The notes: a model not told the origin generated them from the sequence alone. Positions 17,930-27,722 are shown, numbered from the stretch's first letter. The stretch is DNA of 47,773 nt from Candidatus Woesearchaeota archaeon (GCA_003650545.1 QMQO01000005.1:1-47773); one strand, 5' to 3'. Program-made: numbers and translations.

Positions 17930-18619
17930 ATGAAGATTGAGCTTAATATCGAGAAGAAGCATTTATATTTGATAGTTGTGATAATAATTCTTATTGGCGC
18001 TTTGATGTTTGTTGTTGCTTATAACACTGGCTATCAGCAGGGAGACCCTGTGCCTAGGACAGATCCTGCGCCAAGCGTGATGGGACATACTGTTGATGAG
18101 ATTGCTGGGTTGAGAGAGTATATAATATCTGTGGCTGGTGGAGATGGTGGATTGTCAAATGTTACAGGCGGATGGGAGACGATTCCTGCTGCATATTATA
18201 CAGAAGAACAAATTCAGGAATATTTTGGTTCTGCGTTTATAATAGAAAAAAAGTTTGATTTAAGAGAGCTGGAAGATACCCAATATCTTTATACTGATAC
18301 TGTTAGGGATGGCGGATATGTGCCGTGCGATATTCATGCAGGTGAAGCAAGCTATTATTATTTTCATGCATGTGATCCTGGAAAGGCTTGTGCTAAACCA
18401 GGTATCGCTATACTGAGGGGGAGAGGAGAAGGTACGAAAGGAAAATGTATTTCTAAGGAAGGTCCTGTTTATATAATAAAGTATTCTTTACCAGCAGGTT
18501 ATTCTATAGATCAAGTGATTCCTTATCTAAATGTTGTTACCAGGATTAAGCCAGGCTTTTTGATTAAAGTCACCCCGGAAGATGGGGTTGGTGAGGTAAC
18601 TGTATCTTACTCTTCATAG
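17930..18619 (+). CDS. Hypothetical membrane-anchored or exported protein
   Basis: N-terminal TM followed by PSVMGHTVDEI; SD-like GAGG upstream; no recognisable catalytic motif. Confidence 0.65.
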   Translation: MKIELNIEKKHLYLIVVIIILIGALMFVVAYNTGYQQGDPVPRTDPAPSVMGHTVDEIAGLREYIISVAGGDGGLSNVTGGWETIPAAYYTEEQIQEYFGSAFIIEKKFDLRELEDTQYLYTDTVRDGGYVPCDIHAGEASYYYFHACDPGKACAKPGIAILRGRGEGTKGKCISKEGPVYIIKYSLPAGYSIDQVIPYLNVVTRIKPGFLIKVTPEDGVGEVTVSYSS

Positions 18620-18681
18620 TTTTTCTAATTTGATGATTTCTTTCAAAAACCTTTAAATACTATCTTACTCTTCTTTGAATT

Positions 18682-19917
18682 ATGAAATCATCATTGCTAG
18701 AAGAGGTACTGGAAGAAAACACCCTGACAGAGAAAGAAAAAAAGGATGTTAAGAAAAAAATAAAGTGTGTGGTGAAAAAACTAAAAGAAGAACTGAAAAA
18801 ATCAAAAATAAAAGCTGAAGTGATGCTTGGTGGCAGCGCAGCAAAAGATACCTTTCTTAAGGATTTTGATGTTGATGTTTTTATTAGATTTGATCGCAGA
18901 AGATATCTGGATGAAAATATCTCTAAGATATTAGCAGGTGTTGTTAGACAATTCAAGGCTAAAAGAATACATGGCAGCAGAGATTATTTTGGTGCAAAGA
19001 TAGATGGCATTAGCTATGAGTTTGTGCCTGTGTTAAATATCGAAGATCCTGGCCAGGCTGTAAATGTAACAGATGCTAGTCCGTTGCATGTTAATTGGGT
19101 TTTGAGTAAACTCAATCAAAGATTGAGGAATGATATCCTACTCCTAAAACTCTTTTGTAAGGCAAATCATTGCTATGGTGCAGAAAGCTACATAAAAGGT
19201 TTCTCAGGTCATGTGATAGATATATTGATAATATACTATGATGGGTTCGAGCGTGTACTTAGAGCAAGCCAACACTGGAAACCATACGATATAATCGATG
19301 TGAGCAAACATAAGGTTAGATTTATGAACAAATCAAAAATATCTCCATTGATTGTTGTAGATCCTATACAGCCAGATAGGAATGCTGCAGCTGCTCTGTC
19401 TATGGAGAGGTTTAAACTTTTCAAAGAAAGGGCAGGTGCATTTTTAGAAAAACCGAGCAAAGATTTTTTTATGAGGAAAGAGTTCGATGTAGAAAAAATT
19501 AAAAGAAAATTTAAGGAAGACGATGTGTTTGTTGTGAATGTTGGTGCTAGGAGCGGTAAAGAAGATGTTGTAGGAGCTAAATTATTGAAAGCGTTCGAAT
19601 TTATAGCAAAAAGGATAAAGAAAGAAGGCTTTACTTTAAAGCAGGCAGACTGGAAATGGAATAAAGCAAGAAAAGCTGAGTTTTATTTTGTGGTGAAGAG
19701 AGAGGTGCTTCCAGAGAAAATGGAGATAGAAGGACCGCCTGTTTTTGTGAAGAGACATGTTGCTGCTTTTAAAAAGAAGCATAAAGACACTTTTGTAAAA
19801 AAAGGCAGACTCTATGCAAATGTAAAAAGGCCTTTTAGGAAAACCAAAAAGCTGTTGCAGAACCTGATAAAAGACACCTATATAACTGAGAAAGTTAAAA
19901 CGATTGAGCTAAAATGA
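18682..19917 (+). CDS. cca: CCA-adding enzyme (archaeal class I)
   Basis: GGSAAKDTFLKDFDVDVF, YGAESYIKGFSG, VDPIQPDRNAAAA and GPP motifs. Confidence 0.96.
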   Translation: MKSSLLEEVLEENTLTEKEKKDVKKKIKCVVKKLKEELKKSKIKAEVMLGGSAAKDTFLKDFDVDVFIRFDRRRYLDENISKILAGVVRQFKAKRIHGSRDYFGAKIDGISYEFVPVLNIEDPGQAVNVTDASPLHVNWVLSKLNQRLRNDILLLKLFCKANHCYGAESYIKGFSGHVIDILIIYYDGFERVLRASQHWKPYDIIDVSKHKVRFMNKSKISPLIVVDPIQPDRNAAAALSMERFKLFKERAGAFLEKPSKDFFMRKEFDVEKIKRKFKEDDVFVVNVGARSGKEDVVGAKLLKAFEFIAKRIKKEGFTLKQADWKWNKARKAEFYFVVKREVLPEKMEIEGPPVFVKRHVAAFKKKHKDTFVKKGRLYANVKRPFRKTKKLLQNLIKDTYITEKVKTIELK

Positions 19918-20405
19918 ATCCATACTTAATTGTGTTCTTGCTTACTTTTATTCCTTGGCTAGAACAGAGATATAGCATACCAATTGGAATACTTTCTGGT
20001 AGCATAACTCTTCCATTTGGTTTTACTCTTCAGGCGTATGGTTTGCCATGGTGGTGGGTTCTGTTGGTTGCAGCGTCAGCCAACATAATTGTTGGTGTTA
20101 TTGCTTATATTGTTATAGATAAAGCTGTTCATCTTTTATTTTTTTGGAGGGGGTTTGAACGGTTCTGGCATAGACGAATAGAGAAGACGCAGAAAAGAAT
20201 TAGAGGATATGTTGAAAGATACGGTTTGCTTGGTATGTCTTTGTTTATTGCTATACCCCTGCCTGGTTCTGGCGTTTATACAGGTGCTATTGGAAGCTAT
20301 GCTTTGGGTTTAGGTTTTAGAAAGTTTTTTATAGCAAATGTAATTGGGGTGTTATTGTCAGCTATGATAATAACACTGATAACTTTAGGGGTTGGCTCTC
20401 TATGA
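19914..20405 (+). CDS. Small multidrug export family (COG2426-like) membrane protein
   Basis: PWLEQRYSIPIG and FIAIPLPGSGVYTGA motifs. Confidence 0.85.
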   Translation: MNPYLIVFLLTFIPWLEQRYSIPIGILSGSITLPFGFTLQAYGLPWWWVLLVAASANIIVGVIAYIVIDKAVHLLFFWRGFERFWHRRIEKTQKRIRGYVERYGLLGMSLFIAIPLPGSGVYTGAIGSYALGLGFRKFFIANVIGVLLSAMIITLITLGVGSL

Positions 20406-20992
20406 GTTATAGATTTGAGCTCAGAAGGAAACTGTTTCATATGTGCTTTGGAAGTGTGATTGTAGCTTTGCTCTATTCTGGTGTGTTTAATGCATGGCAT
20501 CTGTTTGTTTTGCTTGTGTTTGGCGGCTTGCTTTCATTAGTATCTACTAGAGTTAATATTCCGATAGTTGCTTGGTTCTTGTACAGGTTTGAGCGCGAGG
20601 GAGAAACTTTTCCTGGAAGGGGCCCTATATTCTTTGTGTTCTCTGCTCTGCTTGTTGTACAATTGTTTGATATGAGCATCGCCTTGGCTAGCTTGATGGT
20701 TCTAACATTGGGCGATCCTATTGCGCATCTTGTTGGCAAGTTTTTTGGCAGACTGAAGAATGTCTATACAACAGCGCACAAGAATATCGAAGGCATGCTT
20801 CTTGGTTTCATAGTTGCGTTTTTAGGGGCTTGGTTGTTTGTTGATCCATTGCTGGCTTTTTTAGGGGCATTCTTTGGCATGTTTGCTGAGGTGATAGAGT
20901 TCCAGCTTAATAAGAAACATGTTGATGATAATTTGATTGTTCCTTTGGTTGCTGCCACAGTGATGTATATTGTCAGAACATATTTGATTTAG
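20402..20992 (+). CDS. Dolichol/phytol kinase-like CTP-dependent membrane kinase
   Basis: ELRRKLFH, GDPIAHLVGK, KNIEG and DDNLIVP motifs. Confidence 0.88.
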   Translation: MSYRFELRRKLFHMCFGSVIVALLYSGVFNAWHLFVLLVFGGLLSLVSTRVNIPIVAWFLYRFEREGETFPGRGPIFFVFSALLVVQLFDMSIALASLMVLTLGDPIAHLVGKFFGRLKNVYTTAHKNIEGMLLGFIVAFLGAWLFVDPLLAFLGAFFGMFAEVIEFQLNKKHVDDNLIVPLVAATVMYIVRTYLI

Positions 20993-21111
20993 AATCTTGT
21001 GTTTTTTTAGGTTAATAAACGAGGCTTCAAATCGATGAATTTTTTTAAGAGCTGCCAGCGGTTGTTCTTTTTTTAGAAACTTATATATATTTAACTTCTT
21101 TATTCTGCCTT

Positions 21112-21768
21112 ATGATTGATGTTGTGATGCCTAACAATAATGAAGCTGAACTCGTCAACATGGCTAAAGAACTCGGCTATGATAGTCTGTGCTTTCTTTA
21201 TGAAAAAACTGTTAAACGCAGGAAATATGATATTCCTGTTTATTACGGAATTCTTGTTGAGGGCTTTGACGAGGTTAGACGCTTTAGAAAAGAGAGAGAC
21301 CTGATTTTTGTAAAATCAGGAGATAAAGATAGAGAGATAATCGAAAAGAGCAAGGTTGATGCTATCTTTGATCTGGAGGATAACAAACTAAAAGATAGGA
21401 CACACTTTAGAAGCTCTGGACTGGATCATGTGATGGCTAGGTTTTGTCATGAAAAAGAAAAAACTGTTGTTGTTAATTTTAAGACTTTGTTGGCTGCTGG
21501 TTTGTTACGCCGCGCAGTGTTGATAGGAAGGATAATGCAAAACATCCGTCTGATGAGAAAGTATGGGTTTAACATGACGATTGTTAGCTTTGCCAAAAGT
21601 GTCAAAGAGATGAGGTCAGCTCATGATTTTCATTCTTTGCTTGTTAGTCTTGGGATGCATCCAAGCGAGGCTAAAAAGGGGATGGGTGCTTTAGAGAGGA
21701 TTGCTAAAAAGAATATATTTAGGAGAAGCGAGAGATATATTGCTGAGGGAGTAGAATATGTTGATTAA
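21112..21768 (+). CDS. rnp3: RNase P protein subunit p30 (Rnp3)
   Basis: AKELGYD...SGLDHVMARFC...EMRSAHD...LGM, consistent with the Rpp30 fold. Confidence 0.82.
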   Translation: MIDVVMPNNNEAELVNMAKELGYDSLCFLYEKTVKRRKYDIPVYYGILVEGFDEVRRFRKERDLIFVKSGDKDREIIEKSKVDAIFDLEDNKLKDRTHFRSSGLDHVMARFCHEKEKTVVVNFKTLLAAGLLRRAVLIGRIMQNIRLMRKYGFNMTIVSFAKSVKEMRSAHDFHSLLVSLGMHPSEAKKGMGALERIAKKNIFRRSERYIAEGVEYVD

Positions 21769-21918
21769 GATTCTCCAAAAGAAATTTTAATCTTAAATCA
21801 TCTTTTGTCATTCATTAGTAATTGCTCCTACTACTATTATCTATCTCCAATGTAGTGACAACGAATATTTAAAAAGATTCGTTCTTATTAAGTTACTAAG
21901 GCATTTTGGGGTTGTGTT

Positions 21919-23370
21919 ATGAAACGATTGTTCAGGTATCTTAGTGTAGCTGCTTTGGGTTTAATGTTAGTTGCTTATGCTGCCGGCTGTGGTGGCGGTG
22001 GAGGTGGTGGTGTCAGTCCTCCTAGCACTAATCATGCGCCAACTGTCTCTGTTAGCAATGTTTCGACTGACAAGAACACTGCTGTGATTATTCCTTACTC
22101 TACTTATGATGCTGATGGGGATAGTGTCAGCTTGGTTACTTCTGGAAGAAATGGTAGCTGTGTGTGGGCTAGCGACACTATTACATTTACTCCTGCAACT
22201 GATTTCACAGGAAGTGCTAGCTGTGTTGTTACGCCTTATGATGGAACTGACTATGGTGTGCCTCAGACAGCAACTATTACTGTGAATGATAATAATGCTC
22301 CTGTTTTGGGTTATAGTGTTGGCAACACAATGATCACAGCAGGAGAGAGTGTTAGTGTTGATCTAAGTTCTAGTACTGATCCAGATGGTGATGAGTTGAC
22401 AGCTAAGGTTGATTGTGGTCTTGGTGGTGGTTTAGAGGTTCTGGCAGGGATGACTACGGATTGCGGTCCTTATGATTCTGCTGGAAGTTATACGATATCT
22501 GCTCAGGTTTGTGATAGTCATTCTGCATGTAGTGGTTTAGAGGATATAGCTTATGTAAGTGTTTCTGCACCAAGCAGGTTAGAGGTTTATGTTGTGAGGA
22601 ACATTGGCAATGTTCCTTTGCAGGGTTTAAGTGTTTGTCTTGATTCAACAAGCAATTGTACTACAACTGACAGCAATGGTTATGCTTCATTCTTGGCAAC
22701 AGGCGAGCATCAGCTGGCTGTGTTTGCAAATGACGGCTATGTTAACTTTAATGAGAGGTTTGACAGGTATAAAGTGAATGTGTCAGGCATTGTCCAGAGA
22801 AGGGTTGAGATGCCTGAGTTGACATTGGATGAAATTGGAAAGATAGTTAATATTGTAGGGGATCATCCTTGTATTTATCCAAGGGATAGCAATGATCTTC
22901 CTAACATCATAAATGTGTATGGTGATTTTTCAGATCCTATTGCGAATGAGAGTGCAGTGAGGGCTGCTCTTGCAGCTGGTGAAGAATCTACGCAGGGAGG
23001 GGTTGTTTTTAATTATGTTGATAATGAAGGTGAAGCTAACCTTATACTTGACTGGGACACATCTGGTCCTCCAGGCGCAGATCAAGATACTGCTAGTTAT
23101 GATGGGGTAACTATGATGAGGAGTTGTACTGCTCATTTTTCATTAGGAGGGCTTGATGAAGAAGAAGCTATGTATCGTACTCAGTATGAGGTTTTTGGTA
23201 AGTGTGTTATGGCTTTATCAAGCTCAAGTCAAGATGGAACAAGTAATTATGCTGGTGGTGCTGTTGATTTTAATGAGCTTGACAAGAAGATGAATGCAGA
23301 GCTTTATCATTTTGACCAGTTTGAGCTTGATGGAACAAGAAAGTATTTTAGGTTATCTAAGTATTTTTAA
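21919..23370 (+). CDS. Putative lipoprotein with Ig/cadherin-like and PKD-like domains and a degenerate metzincin-like C-terminal domain
   Basis: Lipobox-like YAAGC-G7; NHAP...DADGD and NAP...DPDGDEL repeats; TTDSNGY. Confidence 0.75.
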   Translation: MKRLFRYLSVAALGLMLVAYAAGCGGGGGGGVSPPSTNHAPTVSVSNVSTDKNTAVIIPYSTYDADGDSVSLVTSGRNGSCVWASDTITFTPATDFTGSASCVVTPYDGTDYGVPQTATITVNDNNAPVLGYSVGNTMITAGESVSVDLSSSTDPDGDELTAKVDCGLGGGLEVLAGMTTDCGPYDSAGSYTISAQVCDSHSACSGLEDIAYVSVSAPSRLEVYVVRNIGNVPLQGLSVCLDSTSNCTTTDSNGYASFLATGEHQLAVFANDGYVNFNERFDRYKVNVSGIVQRRVEMPELTLDEIGKIVNIVGDHPCIYPRDSNDLPNIINVYGDFSDPIANESAVRAALAAGEESTQGGVVFNYVDNEGEANLILDWDTSGPPGADQDTASYDGVTMMRSCTAHFSLGGLDEEEAMYRTQYEVFGKCVMALSSSSQDGTSNYAGGAVDFNELDKKMNAELYHFDQFELDGTRKYFRLSKYF

Positions 23371-25277
23371 TATATAATGATTTTATTTTTTTCTTTATCT
23401 TTTTCATTGGAATAATAATATATATTATCATATGCTGTTAGCATGCAACATGATGTTTCTGTTGGTTTTAAATCTGTGTACTGACAACCCTCTGCATCAT
23501 AAATTGCTGTTGCAAACTCTGTAAACCAGTTTTTAAAGTATTGGGGGTATTGACACTCTCCTTTATATTTATCTTTATTAATAACTGTTCCGTCTGCATT
23601 ACCAATATAGCATGTATCTTCAATATAATAACACTTCCATTTTCCTTTGATTTCAGGATATATTTCAGGATCAAATATGTCCTCGCCCTTCTTAACATTC
23701 CAGAGGTGATTGCCATTAGGATCAGGACACCATGCTCCATAAGATTCACAATATGCCTGTGTTGTTACATCTGTGTCAGGATTATAAACATTGATAACAC
23801 TGCCTTTTCTGTAACACTCACCATTATAAACACAATCATTAACATAAGGACAGTCTAAATAAACACTCTTGTTTGTCTTGCAAACAGGCGGCTGGTCAGG
23901 CATGCCTCTGACTGAACTACAATTATTAGGATCATCTAATATTAACTCTGGATAAAGCCAATATGTGGTAGGACTAGAATAACAACTAGGAGCAACTATG
24001 TTAGCCCAGTCGTCCCATTCTGGATAGTTCACACCATGTACAACAGGCGGACACTTCTGATAAAAGCTAGGCTTTTCACAATATATCTTTATGCTGTAGT
24101 TGTCAAGCTCGCAGCTCTCAACATGAGCATTTGTAACATTGCTTAAGCCTAATAAACAAAAAGCATCGCCTGAATATGATGTTGAGCACCTAACCTTGGC
24201 ACCACGATAACGCAAACATAACACATTGTCATAATTATCCTCAGATGGTAGCTCGGCATGAGCATTGCTAACATCAGATAACCTTATTGCTATGTTATCG
24301 CTATTAACATTGCAGTTGTCCTTGCTAACACCTGGCGGAACACATACCTTGCAGTCGTAATAATCAGGATCTAATGCAGCATGAGCATTTGACAATGAGC
24401 TTATAGACATCACAGCTGTATAACCGTCAGGACATTCGTCACAGGAAATAACAGTGTCAATCGGCTCTAAGGGAGCCTCTGATATAACAGTCCATGTGCC
24501 TGCCCATACTACTTTATAATCCCTGAGCCAGTAGCTGTAAAAATCAAAGCCTTCAGAGTCTTCTGAATAATAGTTGTAATTATGGATATGTCCAGCACCG
24601 CTGATCCAGTTATAGCTTTCGGTTATTATGTGTTTGGGTGCGTTTGCATTAATCCTGATGTCAGAGAATAAAACCCTGCCTGGCCCCTGGTTGTTCTGAA
24701 CAATGCCATAGCTTCCATCACTCTGTATTGCAAGATAGCTGAAACCAGTCGGGTTTCCATTGACAAGGCAGGTAAATTTTGCTTCTGTGTTTTTATTCAG
24801 CAATGTGGCAACACAAACATGATAATTGGCTGCTTTTTCCTGGTTGGTGTGACCAGTGGGCTCAACAATAACAGCTGTTGGCATGTCTTCCTCAAAACCT
24901 GGAAAGCTTATTTTTTCACCATGACTGCCCTGGCCAGAAGCAACCTTTATACCTGGTCCAACCTGGACAGCAAAGATCTTGGCTGGATTGCCGAGGTTAG
25001 AACAGGTTATACAGCCTAGATTTGTAAAGATCATCTTGTAGCGTGTGTTGCTGAGCTTTTCTAGATAAAATGCTTGAGAGTAACAGTTGCTGCCATGCGT
25101 AACATAGTCAGGCGCGTAAGCTATTGCGTGTATCTCACAGCCAGGATCAAAACCAAAGCTTGATAAGTCTATTATCTCACCATGTGATAAGTCATGAATG
25201 AAAAATTTTGTGGTGCATTCAGCATAAACTAACGGAAGCAGGCTTAGCATGACTATAGTTAAGATTATTTTTCTCAT
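23367..25277 (-). CDS. Secreted Cys-rich protein with three SNAH repeats
   Basis: Signal peptide ending VYA; LSNAHA, VSNAHA and VTNAHV each followed by Y....C. Confidence 0.8.
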   Translation of the reverse strand: MRKIILTIVMLSLLPLVYAECTTKFFIHDLSHGEIIDLSSFGFDPGCEIHAIAYAPDYVTHGSNCYSQAFYLEKLSNTRYKMIFTNLGCITCSNLGNPAKIFAVQVGPGIKVASGQGSHGEKISFPGFEEDMPTAVIVEPTGHTNQEKAANYHVCVATLLNKNTEAKFTCLVNGNPTGFSYLAIQSDGSYGIVQNNQGPGRVLFSDIRINANAPKHIITESYNWISGAGHIHNYNYYSEDSEGFDFYSYWLRDYKVVWAGTWTVISEAPLEPIDTVISCDECPDGYTAVMSISSLSNAHAALDPDYYDCKVCVPPGVSKDNCNVNSDNIAIRLSDVSNAHAELPSEDNYDNVLCLRYRGAKVRCSTSYSGDAFCLLGLSNVTNAHVESCELDNYSIKIYCEKPSFYQKCPPVVHGVNYPEWDDWANIVAPSCYSSPTTYWLYPELILDDPNNCSSVRGMPDQPPVCKTNKSVYLDCPYVNDCVYNGECYRKGSVINVYNPDTDVTTQAYCESYGAWCPDPNGNHLWNVKKGEDIFDPEIYPEIKGKWKCYYIEDTCYIGNADGTVINKDKYKGECQYPQYFKNWFTEFATAIYDAEGCQYTDLKPTETSCCMLTAYDNIYYYSNEKDKEKNKIIIY

Positions 25278-25669
25278 CCTGCACTAACCTCGCATAACTT
25301 TCTGATCTGGCTGTCTCTAATCTCCATGCAGTATGAAGGATCTTTAAGCTTTCTTGCAACAGACATGTAGCAGGTGTTTCTTAGATTTGGTGAATAACTG
25401 CTGCAATTAACACTATCTTCATAAGTGAGCTGGTACGCAAGTTGGCTTTCTTCCCTGAACTCAGGTATAGTCTGAGCAATTGCCTGCTTCATTTTTAACA
25501 TCTCACTCTTGTCAATTGTGATTCCTGCTGGTTTTTGACTAAGGTTTATTTGTGTTGTTTTTTTTCCAGGCATCATTGTTAATAGTGTTATGCAGATTAT
25601 TAGAATGACTATAGCAAGAATAATTCCAACTAGAATTAGGCTATGCTTCAAGCTTGCTTTTTTGTTCAT
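25274..25669 (-). CDS. Membrane-anchored protein with C-terminal Cys-pair repeats
   Basis: MNKKA followed by a hydrophobic helix; C...C...YCMEIRDSQIRKLC. ATGA-coupled to the downstream gene. Confidence 0.7.
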   Translation of the reverse strand: MNKKASLKHSLILVGIILAIVILIICITLLTMMPGKKTTQINLSQKPAGITIDKSEMLKMKQAIAQTIPEFREESQLAYQLTYEDSVNCSSYSPNLRNTCYMSVARKLKDPSYCMEIRDSQIRKLCEVSAG

Positions 25670-25704
25670 TCTCTTCCTCTTTTTAGGAAAATAAATATTT
25701 TAGG

Positions 25705-25721
25705 TATATAAATGTTGTTGG
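25705..25721. repeat. 17-bp direct repeat copy 1 (also a minus-strand BRE/TATA-like core)
   Basis: TATATAAATGTTGTTGG, identical to 27723-27739. Confidence 0.7.
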
Positions 25722-25933
25722 TTGTTATGGTAAATATTTGCTCCAGGGCCTAAGAGCTAAGCAATTTCAGGAGAAGTGAGAAGTACATTGCAGAAGGCAT
25801 AGAGATAGTTGTAGAGATAGTTGATTAGATAACTGCTGTTTTATTTGAGATTCTGAAATATCAGCTTACAGAAGAAAGCTATAAATTAGTAGATAAAGGC
25901 CCAATAAATCAGATGTTATCAGAGATGTTATAA

Positions 25934-26527
25934 CTAGCTTTGCTTTAAGGCGTTATTAACTTTGGTGGCAAATCTTTTATCGTAATGTTTTAAGTATCTT
26001 TTTAATTTATTTTTGTTCATGTTTTTCTTGAATGTTTTGATTAGTTCTTTACTTAAATAACGCTTAAAATCTATCCAGTCAAGAAATGTTTTCTCAATAT
26101 CACTGACGGGTAGTTTGAAGTCATAATAATCTATGTAATGATACCCAAAAAAATGTTTTTTATTTATTAAATGAACAACAACATTCGTGTTGAATACCTG
26201 TCTTAATCCCTGCCTGACTCTTCTGGGTGTAATCAAAACAACATTTGCTTCTTGTTCCCATAGCCCGTATATAGAGAGCGCACTCTCTAGCCCAATGTAA
26301 GAGGGTTTGATGCAGTACGCCAAAAGCATAGGGTCATCGTGTGTTGTGTAGTAGCCTTTAATGATTCTATTGACTTTTCCTTTCCTTTCCAGATTGTGCA
26401 GAATTAAATAAGCATAATCGGGATCTGCGTTTTTTGAGCTTATAAGTCTTTTTATATCTTTAACATGGAACACTTGGTTTTTTTTTATAAAGCTTTCAAT
26501 TTCCTGTTGATATTTTATTTTGCCCAT
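25934..26527 (-). CDS. AbiEi-type antitoxin / transcriptional regulator (type IV TA)
   Basis: N-terminal wHTH with RIIKGYY, PSYIGLESALSIYGL and PVSDIEKTFLD. Confidence 0.88.
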   Translation of the reverse strand: MGKIKYQQEIESFIKKNQVFHVKDIKRLISSKNADPDYAYLILHNLERKGKVNRIIKGYYTTHDDPMLLAYCIKPSYIGLESALSIYGLWEQEANVVLITPRRVRQGLRQVFNTNVVVHLINKKHFFGYHYIDYYDFKLPVSDIEKTFLDWIDFKRYLSKELIKTFKKNMNKNKLKRYLKHYDKRFATKVNNALKQS

Positions 26528-27171
26528 TTTTTAATTGTTGTTAGTATGTGTTTTGTACTAGGAATAGCTCCAACAAAGACAAGCGTTTTTAGTATTTCTT
26601 CGTCTTTTGGTTTTTTGTATTCAGATATCAGCTTTTTCAAAGAGGCACTTATTTTTCTCTTATCGTCTACATGATTGAGCAGGGTGTATATGTCATAAAG
26701 ATCTCGTACAAGCCTCCTTGATAGGTATGTTGTAACCTTCTCTTTGATGAGGTCTTCTGCGGTTAATGTGAAGATGTTTATGTAATTTCCGTCAATGGTT
26801 TCATAAGGTTTGGTGATTATATGCTTATTTTTAAGGCTCAAGAAAGATGCTTCAAACCTGACTTCGATGTTATTGAAAGCTATTTTAGCAAAAATGACGT
26901 TGTCGGTTATTTTAAATTTTTTGATATTGAGTTTTCTTTGCTTTAGTTTTTTTTTGAACAAGTCAATTTTTTTAAGCTCGCTCTTGTCAAGATAAATATC
27001 TAAATCGTCTGAAAATCTAGATCCTGCATAACACCGCCATAGCGCTGTACCGCCGTGGAATACAGCATTCGGAAACACTTCGTAGATTATATCGACAACT
27101 ATATCCTGCAGCAGAGCGATGTCTTTATGCAATTTTTTCTTGAGTTTGTCTAATAATTTTAGTTTAACCAT
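26515..27171 (-). CDS. AbiEii/AbiGii-family nucleotidyltransferase toxin
   Basis: FHGGTAL...RFSDDLD...EKV...RRLVRDLYD motifs. Confidence 0.92.
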   Translation of the reverse strand: MVKLKLLDKLKKKLHKDIALLQDIVVDIIYEVFPNAVFHGGTALWRCYAGSRFSDDLDIYLDKSELKKIDLFKKKLKQRKLNIKKFKITDNVIFAKIAFNNIEVRFEASFLSLKNKHIITKPYETIDGNYINIFTLTAEDLIKEKVTTYLSRRLVRDLYDIYTLLNHVDDKRKISASLKKLISEYKKPKDEEILKTLVFVGAIPSTKHILTTIKKWAK

Positions 27172-27350
27172 TCTTATAGATATATATAATTTAGGTGATT
27201 ATTAAATTTTGTGTTTTTAATGGATTAAGCGCGCTAAACTTCTAAACGCAGGTTGAAAAAAAAACGGCTATTATGAAACCGCGAGGTAAACCGATAAACA
27301 CAGGTTGCTCGGTTCAGCATCTGCTTCATAGTGCGATATCTGTCACGCAG

Positions 27351-27692
27351 CTAACTAATTCTTTTGTTCATCTCGTATACCTTAGCCTCAATAACCTCGT
27401 CCAGCAGCTTCTCATAACGAGGGCTAACCTTATAACCTTGTTTTTCTAAGAATTCTTTTGTGTGTTCTATTGCTAATGCCTTTTTCTGTTCTGACGGCAT
27501 CTTTCTCTTGTTGAGCTTTCTATAGTTGTGAGCTTCTTGTTCTACTGCATTCACGCTGATGCCTGCAGCCTGTAAAAAAGCAGATGCAAACTTTCTGCCA
27601 AACAATTGCCGCAGATAGTATGCAATGAAAAGAAGCACTATGATGAATGCAACATCCACAAGTCGCTGAAGGATGGTTTCCAAGAGCATCAT
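27351..27692 (-). CDS. LL-H-family phage holin-like protein
   Basis: Single N-terminal TM followed by SVNAVEQ...EQKKALA...LLDEVIEAKVYEMN, the pattern recalled for LL-H holins. Confidence 0.65.
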   Translation of the reverse strand: MMLLETILQRLVDVAFIIVLLFIAYYLRQLFGRKFASAFLQAAGISVNAVEQEAHNYRKLNKRKMPSEQKKALAIEHTKEFLEKQGYKVSPRYEKLLDEVIEAKVYEMNKRIS

Positions 27693-27722
27693 TTTGGTTC
27701 TTCTGATGGTGATATCTTTTGA

